This document shows positions 36,889-47,175 of a stretch of 64,000 nt of DNA, one piece after another. The position numbers and the translations under genes were made by a program. The notes beneath the pieces are model-generated. The model did not search any database, was not told the DNA's origin, and worked only from the letters and a program-made list of their open reading frames with translations. The stretch comes from a virus (Duplodnaviria > Heunggongvirae > Uroviricota > Caudoviricetes): IMG/VR virus record IMGVR_UViG_2622736468_000003. One strand, given 5' to 3'. The stretch's first letter is position 1. Each line of letters starts with the position of its first letter.

Positions 36889-38978
36889 GTGTTGTTGTTT
36901 CGGGGACGCTGAAATCTCCTGATGGTGAGGCGATATCAGGAGCAAATATTACCCTGACGGCGCTGACAGTTTCACCGGATGCGCTCAGCGGCACCAGTGC
37001 GTCGGCAGTGACCCGTGAAGGTGGATATTACGGAATGACGATGGATCCGGGGGAGTATGCGGTTTCGGTGACGGTGAAAGGGAAGACTGCTGTCTACGGA
37101 CGTGTGCGTATTGAGGGGACCGAAAGTACGGTGACGCTCAATATGCTGTTACGCCGCAGTCTTGTTGAGGTGAGCATACCCGGAGAACTGCTGACAGATT
37201 TCCGGCAGATACAGAATAATGTGGCTGATGACCTTGCCACTATTCGTCGCCTGAATGAAGACACGGCGACAAAAAACACTCAGGCCACACAGTCAAAAGA
37301 CAGTGCAGCAGCCAGTGCGAAGAGTGCATCTGACAGTGCAAAGACGGCAACCAGCAGGGCGGCTGAAGCCGGACAAAAAGCCAGTGAAGCTGCAGAAGCA
37401 GCGACCCGGGCATGCGAGTCTGAAAAGGCCGCGGCAGCAGACGCGAATGATGCCAGACAACATGCTGAAACCGCCAGAGTGGCTCATGAGGCCGCCGGAG
37501 ACGTTCTTAAACGTGCTGAGGCTGCTACGGTTAGTGCTGAAGAGGCCAGGCGTATGGCAGAGAATGCCAGAGGCCCTAAAGGTGATACCGGACCGAAAGG
37601 TGATGCAGGCCCTCGTGGAGAAACAGGTCCACAAGGCGCACAAGGACCACGCGGTGAAACAGGACCGGTGGGGCCGCAAGGAGAGCGGGGGATTCAGGGG
37701 CCTGCTGGTCCACGAGGTGAAACCGGGGCCAGAGGTGAAAAAGGAGACCCCGGAGACCCGGGGGACCACCCGGGCCGAAAGGTGATGCGGGACCTAAAGG
37801 TGACACCGGACCAGCCGGTCCCGCAGGTGAAAAAGGTGAGCCGGGAGAACGAGGGTCTCAGGGAGAGCAGGGGCTACGCGGACCTGCAGGAGAGAGAGGC
37901 CCGGCGGGGCCGCAGGGACCGAAAGGAGATGCCGGTGCGACAGGTCCGGCAGGTCCGAAAGGTGAACGAGGCGAAGCTGGGCCTCAGGGCCCCCGCGGGG
38001 AGCCTGGTCCGGCGGGCAGCGCAGCAAATGTGGTGGACGCGACGACGGCACAGAAGGGAATTGTGCAGCTAAGTAGTGATACTGCCAGTAATGACGAAAC
38101 AAAGGCTGCCACGTCGAAGGCTGTGAAGGCGGCAATGGATGAGGCCAAGGCGGCGAGACAGAAGGCAGAAGAGGTTGCTGCAGGTGGTGGCGTTCCCAGC
38201 CCGAAGGGAGACAAGGGCGATACGGGTCCGGCAGGCCCACAGGGACCGAAAGGGGATACGGGAGCCGCAGGCCCGGCAGGCGCACAGGGGCCAAAAGGTG
38301 ACAAAGGCGATCCGGGGGTGGCTGGACCAGCAGGCCCGGCAGGCGCACAGGGGCCAAAAGGTGACAAAGGCGATCCGGGGGTGGCTGGACCAGCAGGCCC
38401 GGCAGGCGCACAGGGGCCAAAAGGTGACAAAGGCGATCCGGGGGTGGCTGGACCAGCAGGTCCGGCAGGTGCGCCGGGGCGAAAGGCGATAAAGGTGATC
38501 CGGGAGTAGCTGGACCAGCAGGTCCGGCGGGGCCACAGGGACCGAAGGGAGACACTGGAGCCCCGGGCAAGGAACAGAACTGCTTACTACTGCCAATACA
38601 TGGACTCAGGCACAAACTTTTAATGGTGGTATTAATGGCAATTTGACGGTGACCGGAAACGGCTCATTTAACGATGTTCAGATCCGTTCGGATAAACGCA
38701 ACAAGCGAAATCTGGTAAAACTGGATAATGCGTTAGATCGTCTGGAGGCACTTACTGGTTATCTTTACGAGATACAGTACTCTGCCGACGGTTGGCAAAC
38801 GTCGGTTGGTTTAATTGCTCAGGATGCACAAAAAGCATTGCCTGAACTGGTAACTGAAGACGCAGACGTTATATCTGGTGAAAAACGTCTGCGTCTTAAC
38901 TACAACGGCATAATTGCATTGTTAGTCGAGGGCTTTAAAACACTTCGTCATGAGATTAAAGAACTCCGGGAGAAGTAA
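36885..38978 (+). pseudogene. tail fibre with collagen-like Gly-X-Y repeats and C-terminal S74-type intramolecular chaperone domain; three -1 frame disruptions
   Basis: frames 36885..~37765, ~37765..38509 and ~38565..38978 each carry part of one protein; breaks at G5 (37760..37764), G4 (38474..38477) and C4 (38561..38564) runs; C-terminus SDKRNKRNLVKLDNALDRLEALTGY. Confidence 0.6.
38268..38456 (+). repeat. 63-bp perfect tandem repeat x3 inside the collagen-like region
   Basis: GGCCCGGCAGGCGCACAGGGGCCAAAAGGTGACAAAGGCGATCCGGGGGTGGCTGGACCAGCA repeated three times, encoding [21 protein letters not shown]. Confidence 0.85.
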
Positions 38979-39018
38979 ACGACAGCTGTTGTAGTTTCTG
39001 GTTTCTACTGAATTTAAA

Positions 39019-39576
39019 TTGTGGGGTGACACTCACCCCACGCATTCAGAAGGGGGAGATGAGATGGGGGTAACATCGGGATGGGTAGGCTCTTCGGCTA
39101 AGAGCGAAACAGGTGAGCAGTGGATGGGAGCCGCCGGAACCAAACTGGGACTGAGTAAACCTTTTATGATGAGCCAAATGGTTGGGCGAACTATGGGCTG
39201 TAAAATTGCAACTGAGTACTATAAATGGAAATCCTCTGACAAGGTTGATAACTGGGGCGCAGTTGGCGCTGACTGGCCTTTAGAAGAAAAAAGTAAAGGT
39301 ACAATTACAAACGCCGCAAGCTGCGGATCAGGGAGGCTGGTAGGGGCTGTCGTTACACTTTCTCACTTTTTGACGAACTCTACACCGACAGCTGCTGTTT
39401 ATTTAGCCGGTGGTAAAGCAGGTAACATCACCGTAAACGTAGGTGGTGCTACACAAACCATGATTTATCAGGGCGTTGTTAGTGGGTTCCAGTATTACTG
39501 GTCAGGTTCTGTTAGTTCCGCTTTCGTGGAGGCAATGAAAAAGACGGGAGTACCCCAGGATCTAAAAATTAGTTAA
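39019..39576 (+). CDS. hypothetical tail-module protein
   Basis: track ORF; true start uncertain. Confidence 0.35.
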   Translation: MWGDTHPTHSEGGDEMGVTSGWVGSSAKSETGEQWMGAAGTKLGLSKPFMMSQMVGRTMGCKIATEYYKWKSSDKVDNWGAVGADWPLEEKSKGTITNAASCGSGRLVGAVVTLSHFLTNSTPTAAVYLAGGKAGNITVNVGGATQTMIYQGVVSGFQYYWSGSVSSAFVEAMKKTGVPQDLKIS

Positions 39577-39651
39577 ATGGTAAATGAATAATTTTAAAAA
39601 CTTCACGTTCTACATACCGGAGACGCCGGATATATAGGATATTGTTTTAAG

Positions 39652-39864
39652 TTGCCAGAGAAATTTTTCCGGACGGATGCTGATAATAATGATGTGCCAA
39701 TGACGGCAGCATCATTGATGGCACTGAGTGAAGCGACAGAGCTAGCGATGTTTGCGAAGGGAGTGGAGATTAATACACGGCTGTTGCAGATGAAAGCCGA
39801 GGTTGAGGCGCTGACAGACCTGAAGGCGATCCGCAGTTATGTTGTCGGATGGCCTGCTGGCTGA
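39652..39864 (+). CDS. hypothetical small protein
   Basis: track ORF, 70 aa; followed by an A-run / GGGAC...GTCCC hairpin. Confidence 0.3.
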   Translation: MPEKFFRTDADNNDVPMTAASLMALSEATELAMFAKGVEINTRLLQMKAEVEALTDLKAIRSYVVGWPAG

Positions 39865-40206
39865 ATAAAAAAAAACGGGACCACGGCCAGTCCCGATGTA
39901 ATGAGTTTTAGGGTATTAGTTTGTTATCATAGTTAGCGTGCTAAGTATGCCATATCAGGCTGATTAGTGAAGTGATGTTGTTCGCATTTTTGCACGGCGG
40001 AGAATATTCAGATTTTTGGAAATCCATATTTTTCCCGTGCGCGATTACATGCTTCATTTACGATGCCATTTTCGCCGGACATTGCGAATTCCCTGCATGT
40101 GGACGGGCGGTAAGAGCGACTCCTGTACGGGTTGACGTCGTGAAATTGTGCCGGGATTAATTATTCCACCTCGTCTGCCATTCAAATTTTCGGATACCAG
40201 ATAACC

Positions 40207-41831
40207 ATGCCTTATATCGATATAACCACTATGCGCGGGATGATGCCAGGCGTTATTGCATCTATGCTTCCTGATAATGCTGCTGTACTGGCAGAAAACT
40301 GTCATTTTCGCTATGGCGTGATCACGCCTGAACACGAGATGTCAGAGGTTGAGAAAACATTCACAATTAAGCCAAAAACAATTTTTCATTACCGTGACGA
40401 TTTTTGGTTTGCATGGCCGGATGTGGTGGATGTGATCCGCAGTCCGATCGCTCAGGACCCCCACGGGCGTATTTACTACACTGACGGGCGTTTTCCTAAA
40501 GTGACGGATGCGACCATTGCCACAAAAGGGGACGGGAATCACCCGACATCATCGTATCGTCTTGGGATCCCCGCGCCGACGACAGCTCCTGTCTGTACTG
40601 TTCAGCAGGGCGGTGATGTTTCTGACGATAACCCGAATGATGATGAAACCCGGTTTTATACGGAAACCTTTGTCTCAGATTATGGTGAAGAAGGTCCGCC
40701 AGGTCCGGCGTCTCTGGAGGTAACACTCCGTACTCCGGGAACTGCGGTACAACTGACGCTGGCTCCGGTGCCATTGCAGAATGCCAGTATTAAACGTCGC
40801 CGGATTTATCGCTCTGCATCAGGTGGAGGGGAGGCGGATTTTTTACTTGTGGCTGAACTGGATGCATCCGTGCTCAGTTACACGGACAAAATACCGGCGA
40901 AAAACCTTGGGCCTTCCCTGGCGACATGGGATTACCTGCCGCCGCCAGAGAATATGACAGGCCTTTGCCTGATGGCTAACGGTATTGCCGCCGGGTTTGC
41001 CGGTAATGAAGTGATGTTTTCGGAAGCGTATCTGCCGTATGCATGGCCGGAAGTGAATCGTCACACGACGGCAGAAGATATTGTAGCTATCTGTCCGCTG
41101 GGAACGTCACTGGTGGTGGCGACAAAGGGGAGCCTTATTTGTTCAGTGGGGTATCACCGTCCACAATTTCTGGTTCCAAAATCCCTTCCATGCAGGCATG
41201 CCTGAGCCGAAGAAGTATGGTGGCGATGGAGGGATTCGTGCTGTATGCAGGAACAAATGGCCTGGTATCGGTTGATGCAGGCGGCAGTACAGCCGTGGTA
41301 ACGGAAAAAATCATTTCACCAGAACAGTGGCAGAGTCAGTTTAATCCGTCGTCCATTGTGGCTTACTCATGGCGTGGTGAGTACATTGCCTGTTACACGA
41401 AACCTGATGGTAAGCAGGATGTGTTTGTCTTCAACCCGGTGAACATGGATATCCGCTATCTCAGTACACCGTTTGACTGCGCATGGGTTGATCTCGCAAA
41501 AGATATGATGCGCGTGGTGACAGGAGACAAAATGTCAGTGCTTGCCGGGGGCTCTCTGCCGTCCACGATAAGGTGGCATTCAAAAATTTTTTCATTGCCT
41601 GAAAGAACCTCTTTTTCCTGTATCAGGGTGAAATCTCCAGCACCTGAGCGGGTGGGGATCACCGTTATGGCTGATGATGTTCCTGTTATTCATTTTGCGC
41701 CGGGTACGTTTAAGGGAAGTGTGGTGAGACTTCCGGCAGCAACCGGGCAAAACTGGCAGGTGATGGTATCCGGATTTGGGCAGGTGGAACGAATAACCCT
41801 GAGTACATCGATGTCGGAGTTACCGATATGA
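40207..41831 (+). pseudogene. tail-associated protein with one -1 frame disruption
   Basis: track ORFs 40207..41205 and 41043..41831 are continuous if the G4 run at 41127..41130 is read as G5. Confidence 0.5.
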
Positions 41832-43096
41832 GCAAAAAACCGTGGCGGGCGGGGAAGGATTTATCCGCTGTTGTGGAAAATATGGAAATTGGCACCGGGC
41901 AGCGTGGCGACGGTCGTCATGCTTTTGTGACCCGTGAAGAGCTGGTTGGCCTTAAACTTGCCCGACGTCGTACACAGGGTGGTGCCTCATATGCACTGAA
42001 TCCGGGTATTGAGATTGACAGTACTTTAATGACTGTTGATTTTCCCACAAAACCGCTGAATTTTAAGGCGACAGGTGGATTTGGCTCGGTTCTTCTTGAA
42101 TGGGATATGCCTAATTATCGCGGACATTCACTGACTGAAATCTGGCGGGGTACGGAGGATGACCTTGCTGATGCAGTGCTGGTTGCCACGACGCCGGGGC
42201 AGGTTTACGGCGATCCGGTTGACCCTGGCTGGTCGGGATTTTACTGGATACGTTTTGTTAACGCGGCAGGAGTGAAAGGTCCATGGAATGCTGAAAAAGG
42301 CACTCAGGCACAAACACAGATCGGCGTGAAGGCCATCATTGACCAGATCCGCGATGAGGCTGCAAAGTCGCCGGTTGTGTCCGAGCTGCGTAAAGAAATA
42401 AAAAACGCGCAGGGGCAGGCTGTAAAGGATGCTGCAATTAAGACAACCGAAGTTGTAGGGACTCTCAGGGAAGAAACGACAAGAATGGTTGTTGGTATTG
42501 AAACCCGGATTAGCACACTGGATTCGTCAACCAGTGAATCGCTTAATGAGGTCGACAAGCGCATCACTAAACTGGATAAAGAAGGCGGTGAGGCCTTCCT
42601 TGCGATGTGGTCAAAAAAAGCGGGAGTTGATGGTATCACTGCGGGGATCGGGATTGTCGCCGGAAAAGACAGTGAAGGCAGGCCTGTAAGTCAGGTTGCA
42701 ATTTCTGCGTCGCAGTTGTTTGTCTTTGACCCGAATAATCCGGATAACACAGCCTATCCGTTTGCGGTATCAGGTGGCAAGGTAGTGATCCCGAAAGCGA
42801 TGATTTATGACGCGGTGATTGAAACACTGGTGTCGCGGAAGGTTGTGGCGGATGAGGTAAAAGCTGGGGTAAGTATCACTTCGCCAGTTATCCGGAGTGC
42901 CGTTATTCAGAACGGAAACTTTCAGGTTGATTCTCAGGGTAACCTGAATATTGGAGGCCTTTTCAGTGTTACGTCACAAGGGCAACTGACAATTCGTTAC
43001 TCTAATCAGAATGTAGGACTGGTGATCCGCAATGATAAAATTGAGGTTTATGATCAGAATGGACGACTGGCTGTTCGCATAGGCAGATTACGCTGA
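41828..43096 (+). CDS. tail protein (host-specificity / fibre-like)
   Basis: 422 aa, ATGA overlap with preceding ORF; beta-rich repetitive C-terminus. Confidence 0.45.
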   Translation: MSKKPWRAGKDLSAVVENMEIGTGQRGDGRHAFVTREELVGLKLARRRTQGGASYALNPGIEIDSTLMTVDFPTKPLNFKATGGFGSVLLEWDMPNYRGHSLTEIWRGTEDDLADAVLVATTPGQVYGDPVDPGWSGFYWIRFVNAAGVKGPWNAEKGTQAQTQIGVKAIIDQIRDEAAKSPVVSELRKEIKNAQGQAVKDAAIKTTEVVGTLREETTRMVVGIETRISTLDSSTSESLNEVDKRITKLDKEGGEAFLAMWSKKAGVDGITAGIGIVAGKDSEGRPVSQVAISASQLFVFDPNNPDNTAYPFAVSGGKVVIPKAMIYDAVIETLVSRKVVADEVKAGVSITSPVIRSAVIQNGNFQVDSQGNLNIGGLFSVTSQGQLTIRYSNQNVGLVIRNDKIEVYDQNGRLAVRIGRLR

Positions 43097-43110
43097 TCAG
43101 GAGGTGAGTA

Positions 43111-43389
43111 TTGGAATACGGTTTTGCCATTTATAACAGAAATAACGTTAATGTTACGGGCGTGCTTACTCCCATATTTTTCCTGGACAGGTTTACGGCG
43201 GAGTCGGGATCAAAAACGTATACGAATAAACCAGAAGGGAAAACATTGCAGGCAGTCTGTTCATTATTTCCGTGGAATAATGTATTTAAGGACCGGAAAG
43301 TACCGAAGATAACCATTAATGGCAATACGGTGACGTGGTCAAATCTTGAGCAGGGGATGGGGTCATATATTTATACATTCTGGGGGTGA
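43111..43389 (+). CDS. hypothetical protein
   Basis: track ORF. Confidence 0.35.
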   Translation: MEYGFAIYNRNNVNVTGVLTPIFFLDRFTAESGSKTYTNKPEGKTLQAVCSLFPWNNVFKDRKVPKITINGNTVTWSNLEQGMGSYIYTFWG

Positions 43390-44012
43390 GTTGTATGTAT
43401 GGTTTAAGCATTACGAAACCAGATGGCAGCTTGTGGATAAGCCCGGGGTTTACGCCTCAGTGTCTGATCAATAAGGGAACTATTCCGGCGACTGAGAAGG
43501 CTTTTTTTAAAACGTCAATTCCGTCAGGAAAAAGTTGTTTTTTCTTTATCAGAACAGAGAAGAAGGCCGATGTCATGTACACGCATGAACAGATTGATGG
43601 ATATCATGCCTTAAGGCTTCATCAAATTGTCAGGGGAACGAATCCTGGTGTTACGACTGTTTATGCTTTTGCGAATATGGTTACTCAACCTTCTGAGTAT
43701 GGTATCGCCATGTATAATCCGTTGGGTGAGATGATTTACCATGGCGAAATGATGCTGCTTGACGCGAAGTTAATACCTGTTGATATCAAATTTGAAAAGG
43801 ACCTTGGATATCCATGCGCAATTATGCCTGCACTGGTCGGGTATTATAACTGGAAAAGAACTCCTTATGACCGACCGATTTATACCACATCCACTGGCGC
43901 TACAGGAAATAAAATATATTCCTGTGAGCATTATTCAGGTGGTGCAACATGGGATATTCGAAAGCCTTATGTAGACAAAGTTCTTGTTATTAATACTTCA
44001 ATGTATGATTAG
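43386..44012 (+). CDS. hypothetical protein
   Basis: track ORF overlapping preceding stop. Confidence 0.4.
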   Translation: MSCMYGLSITKPDGSLWISPGFTPQCLINKGTIPATEKAFFKTSIPSGKSCFFFIRTEKKADVMYTHEQIDGYHALRLHQIVRGTNPGVTTVYAFANMVTQPSEYGIAMYNPLGEMIYHGEMMLLDAKLIPVDIKFEKDLGYPCAIMPALVGYYNWKRTPYDRPIYTTSTGATGNKIYSCEHYSGGATWDIRKPYVDKVLVINTSMYD

Positions 44013-44138
44013 CACAATAAAATTTATCAATCATTTTAAGAAAAATTTTTATTTTTTATTTCCAGGCAGGATGGTAAATAATCAAAAATGTGGAAAGGAC
44101 AGAGAGAACAATGTTTTTAATATAGGAAGATTCTTAAA

Positions 44139-44876
44139 ATGAAAAGTATCACAAAATTTCTTGTGTGCGCAACTCTGGGCTTAGGTGGATTAACTGCACA
44201 GGCACATGCTGCATCTGGTGATAGTACCGTATCCCTTGGATTCGCTCACCTTCAGCTATCCGGGCTGAATAATTTTGTTAAGGATTTAAGTCTTCATAAC
44301 CTTGATACCTTTAACAATTTTGTGAATGAAAACTATTTCAATTCACCTGGAGAATATGACGATGCGTTTGTCCGGGGCCATGATGGTAAAGAGAAAAGTC
44401 CCTTGGGAATGAACATTAAGTATCGTTATGAGATTACGGATGAGATCGGTGTTATAACCTCTTTTGCATGGGCTCGATCCATGACTAATGCACAGGCATT
44501 CATTGATGTTAAGCCTTCCGATCCATCACGAGAGGTAAAAAAACCGGCAGCTTCAGCGAGAACTGATATCAGGGCTAATTACTGGAGTCTACTATCCGGT
44601 CCTTCGTGGCGGTTTAATGAATACCTCAGTGTGTATTCAATGGCAGGTGTTGCGGTTGCAAAAGTAACTTATGATTTGAAAGTTAACGACAATCTTAATG
44701 GTGGTGTAGGTAGTTTTTCTGAAAGTAACAGCACCAAAAAAACGTCTATTGCATGGTCTGTCGGCGCGCAATTTAACTTCAATGAAAGTGTTACTATGGA
44801 CGTCACTTATGAAAGCTCAGGCTCTGGCGACTGGAAAACTGATGGTTTATTTGCAGGCATTGGCCTGAAATTCTGA
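44139..44876 (+). CDS. Lom/Ail/PagC-family outer-membrane beta-barrel protein
   Basis: signal peptide MKSITKFLVCATLGLGGLTAQAHA; C-terminal ...GLFAGIGLKF; AT-rich upstream region; moron-like. Confidence 0.65.
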   Translation: MKSITKFLVCATLGLGGLTAQAHAASGDSTVSLGFAHLQLSGLNNFVKDLSLHNLDTFNNFVNENYFNSPGEYDDAFVRGHDGKEKSPLGMNIKYRYEITDEIGVITSFAWARSMTNAQAFIDVKPSDPSREVKKPAASARTDIRANYWSLLSGPSWRFNEYLSVYSMAGVAVAKVTYDLKVNDNLNGGVGSFSESNSTKKTSIAWSVGAQFNFNESVTMDVTYESSGSGDWKTDGLFAGIGLKF

Positions 44877-44902
44877 GTAATACCCGACAACATGTCATAA
44901 CC

Positions 44903-44926
44903 CGCTGTGATGGCGGGTTTTTTGTT
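44903..44926 (+). terminator. rho-independent terminator after the lom-like gene
   Basis: CCCGCtgtgatgGCGGG followed by TTTTTT. Confidence 0.65.
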
Positions 44927-45108
44927 GCCCGTGCAGGGCAAAAATCGTAGATTATGCGCGGGTGCCTTTCGGCTGATGGCTGGAAGGTGAACCTGAAGGC
45001 CTGATGTGGAAAGGCCCCGAGTCAAACATTTTGTTTAACCCGAGGCCCTAACCATCATACCTTAAGCAAGTAGAAGGTTAGCGCCTCTCCACTCAGGAGG
45101 CAAGCGCT

Positions 45109-45249
45109 ATGTCGCAAAAATCGCTCATCACCGTCACAATTTGTATGACGGTAATCTTCACCATCTGGATGTTACACGGCTCGTTGTGTGAGTTCCGGCT
45201 GAATTTGTGGGGAGCGGAGTTTGCGGCGTTCTTACAGTGTAAGCAGTAG
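45109..45249 (+). CDS. Hok/Gef-family type I toxin (second copy, 46 aa)
   Basis: GGAGG RBS; MSQKSLITVTICMTVIFTIWMLHGSLCEFRLNLWGAEFAAFLQCKQ (TM segment followed by LCE motif as in HokA/HokE-type peptides). Confidence 0.55.
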   Translation: MSQKSLITVTICMTVIFTIWMLHGSLCEFRLNLWGAEFAAFLQCKQ

Positions 45250-45329
45250 GAAAACCGCGACGGGGACGAAAGTCCCCGTCAACTGGTTGCTGAGGTTCAG
45301 CCGATATGGCACCCGTTTCTGGTGAGAGA

Positions 45330-45707
45330 ATGGACGACAAAATTCTCCGGTATATGCAGCGTGTTGTGAGAAATTCCCGCAACCCTGAATTTATGAATGA
45401 AGTTAAAGACGCCTGCCTTAAAAAGCAGGCGTTTTGCTTTGAGGCACCGGATGGTTTTCTGGTGCTGCGTTCTGTGCTCAGTGACGACGGTATCCCTTAT
45501 GTTCTGGTGTTGCTGGGCGTGTGTACGGGGAGTAACAGCGTTGAGCGTTATCTGCCGGAGGTGAAGACATTAACCCGTCTGGCTGGCGGACGCTGGGCTG
45601 AATTCCATACGGCAAGACGGGGATTTATCCGGCTGGGAAAACGTCTGGGCTTTGAGCGAATGCCGGATGATGAGGATGGCTTCATGGTGTTCAGGATAGC
45701 GGTCTGA
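45330..45707 (+). CDS. hypothetical protein
   Basis: internal ATG of track ORF 45306..45707. Confidence 0.4.
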   Translation: MDDKILRYMQRVVRNSRNPEFMNEVKDACLKKQAFCFEAPDGFLVLRSVLSDDGIPYVLVLLGVCTGSNSVERYLPEVKTLTRLAGGRWAEFHTARRGFIRLGKRLGFERMPDDEDGFMVFRIAV

Positions 45708-45798
45708 CTGCCACTGTATTCATTATCGTGTGTAAACCAATTGCAATTCACATTCTGACCCTGCCCCGGCAGGGTTTTTTGTTATCCAGGGGGCCATA

Positions 45799-46455
45799 AT
45801 GGGCGGAAAAAAAGGCGGTGGTGATACCAAAGTAAAACCAACAGCAGCGCAAATAGCACAGGAAGAAGTGGCCTGGAAAGGGTGGCAGGATTATCAAAAA
45901 ATCCTCCGCCCGGCTGAAGATAACTTCATGGAAAAGGTCGATGACCTGAACAGTGAGCAGCAGTACGACAATATTGCTGGCACCACAAATCTGGGGTATC
46001 AGAAACAGTTTGGCGAAGCACGGAAGGAGCTGGCGGGTAATCTTGCTCAGTCCGGTGTTGACCCGTCCAGTGGTCGCTTTAACGCGGTAATGAATGCGAA
46101 CCAGAGTGATCAGGTAACCGGGCAGATTGACACAACCACACGGGGGCAGGTATCGCAGGCAGATAAGTATGTTGCCGGGCTACAGGATGTTGCTGCTCTC
46201 GGTTCTGGTCAAAAGGCGGATGCGTTACAGAGTTTTAACTCGCTGGCAGACAGCAGTCTGGCAAAAGCTAAATCGGACGCACAGGCTGCGTTTACGAAAC
46301 AGCAGGGGCGAGCCTCTCTTGTTGGCGCTGGTTTGGGTGCGGTAGGTGCATATGCGATGTATAAGGCTGGCGGTAGCGGAGGAAGTGGCGGTGCTAAAAC
46401 ACCAGGCACCGGCGCTAATGCCATTCAGCATCAGGCTCAGAACTGGAGACTGTGA
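45799..46455 (+). CDS. putative internal virion protein
   Basis: track ORF; Gly/Ala/Gln-rich; part of co-oriented block ending in the giant gene. Confidence 0.4.
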   Translation: MGGKKGGGDTKVKPTAAQIAQEEVAWKGWQDYQKILRPAEDNFMEKVDDLNSEQQYDNIAGTTNLGYQKQFGEARKELAGNLAQSGVDPSSGRFNAVMNANQSDQVTGQIDTTTRGQVSQADKYVAGLQDVAALGSGQKADALQSFNSLADSSLAKAKSDAQAAFTKQQGRASLVGAGLGAVGAYAMYKAGGSGGSGGAKTPGTGANAIQHQAQNWRL

Positions 46456-46904
46456 TTATGGAGTACGGTAAATACGAAACACTTGCGAGATACGGTTATA
46501 CCGGAGCTGCCCGTCCACAGGGTGACTGGCAGACGTCAGCAGCGCTGACACGCCAACAATACGACGACTGGCGAACCAGATATTTGCCCCGCGTGGCAAG
46601 GCTGGCTGACCTTGGCGAGAACAACAGCCTGATGAATGCACAGCTTGCCCGGGTGGGCGGCCTTGCCACTTCCAGTCTCCGTACAGCGCAGATGGCGCAG
46701 GATAACCAGATGGCGAGATACGGGGTAAGCCGCCCGGATAATCCCAACAGTAACACACTGGGTTTGCGTAATGCTCTGGCAATTGCTGGCGCGAAAAATG
46801 GTATCCGTGAAGCAGAGCAGGATCGCCAGATGAACATACTGACGGGGGCTTCTGCACCTGCAAGACAACAACTGAGTGTTGGCGGAAAACTGGTGTCAGC
46901 GTAA
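46452..46904 (+). CDS. putative internal virion protein
   Basis: track ORF overlapping preceding stop. Confidence 0.4.
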   Translation: MIMEYGKYETLARYGYTGAARPQGDWQTSAALTRQQYDDWRTRYLPRVARLADLGENNSLMNAQLARVGGLATSSLRTAQMAQDNQMARYGVSRPDNPNSNTLGLRNALAIAGAKNGIREAEQDRQMNILTGASAPARQQLSVGGKLVSA

Positions 46905-46913
46905 GGGGGCAAT

Positions 46914-47165
46914 ATGGGATACGGTTTACTGGATATTGCGAATCAGTCGCGGCGTGAGGCATTACAGGGAATAAGTGATGCCGACAGACGACGTGAAGAA
47001 ATTGAGGCCGCGAACAAACAGATGGCGGCGCAACAGAAAGCGCAGAACAAACAGAATATCGGCACGGGAATTGGTACGGGTGCAGCTATGGGCGCTGCTG
47101 TTGGTGGTCTCCCCGGTGCGGCTATTGGTGCTGTCATAGGTGGTATTGCTGGTTCTTTGTTTTAA
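46914..47165 (+). CDS. small protein with C-terminal glycine-zipper membrane segment
   Basis: GTGIGTGAAMGAAVGGLPGAAIGAVIGGIAGSLF. Confidence 0.45.
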   Translation: MGYGLLDIANQSRREALQGISDADRRREEIEAANKQMAAQQKAQNKQNIGTGIGTGAAMGAAVGGLPGAAIGAVIGGIAGSLF

Positions 47166-47175
47166 GGAGTGGTGA

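Noticed and set aside
37765-38072. Out-of-frame continuation of the first tail-fibre ORF ([16 protein letters not shown]...)
   Set aside because: The collagen periodicity continues in the -1 frame from the G-run at 37760..37764; the in-frame extension is a frameshift artefact
38268-38456. Perfect 63-bp tandem repeats considered as a possible CRISPR-like array
   Set aside because: Units are contiguous with no spacers and encode in-frame collagen Gly-X-Y triplets
40054-40335. 93-aa minus-strand ORF overlapping the start of the tail gene
   Set aside because: Antisense to a strongly supported gene start; no RBS
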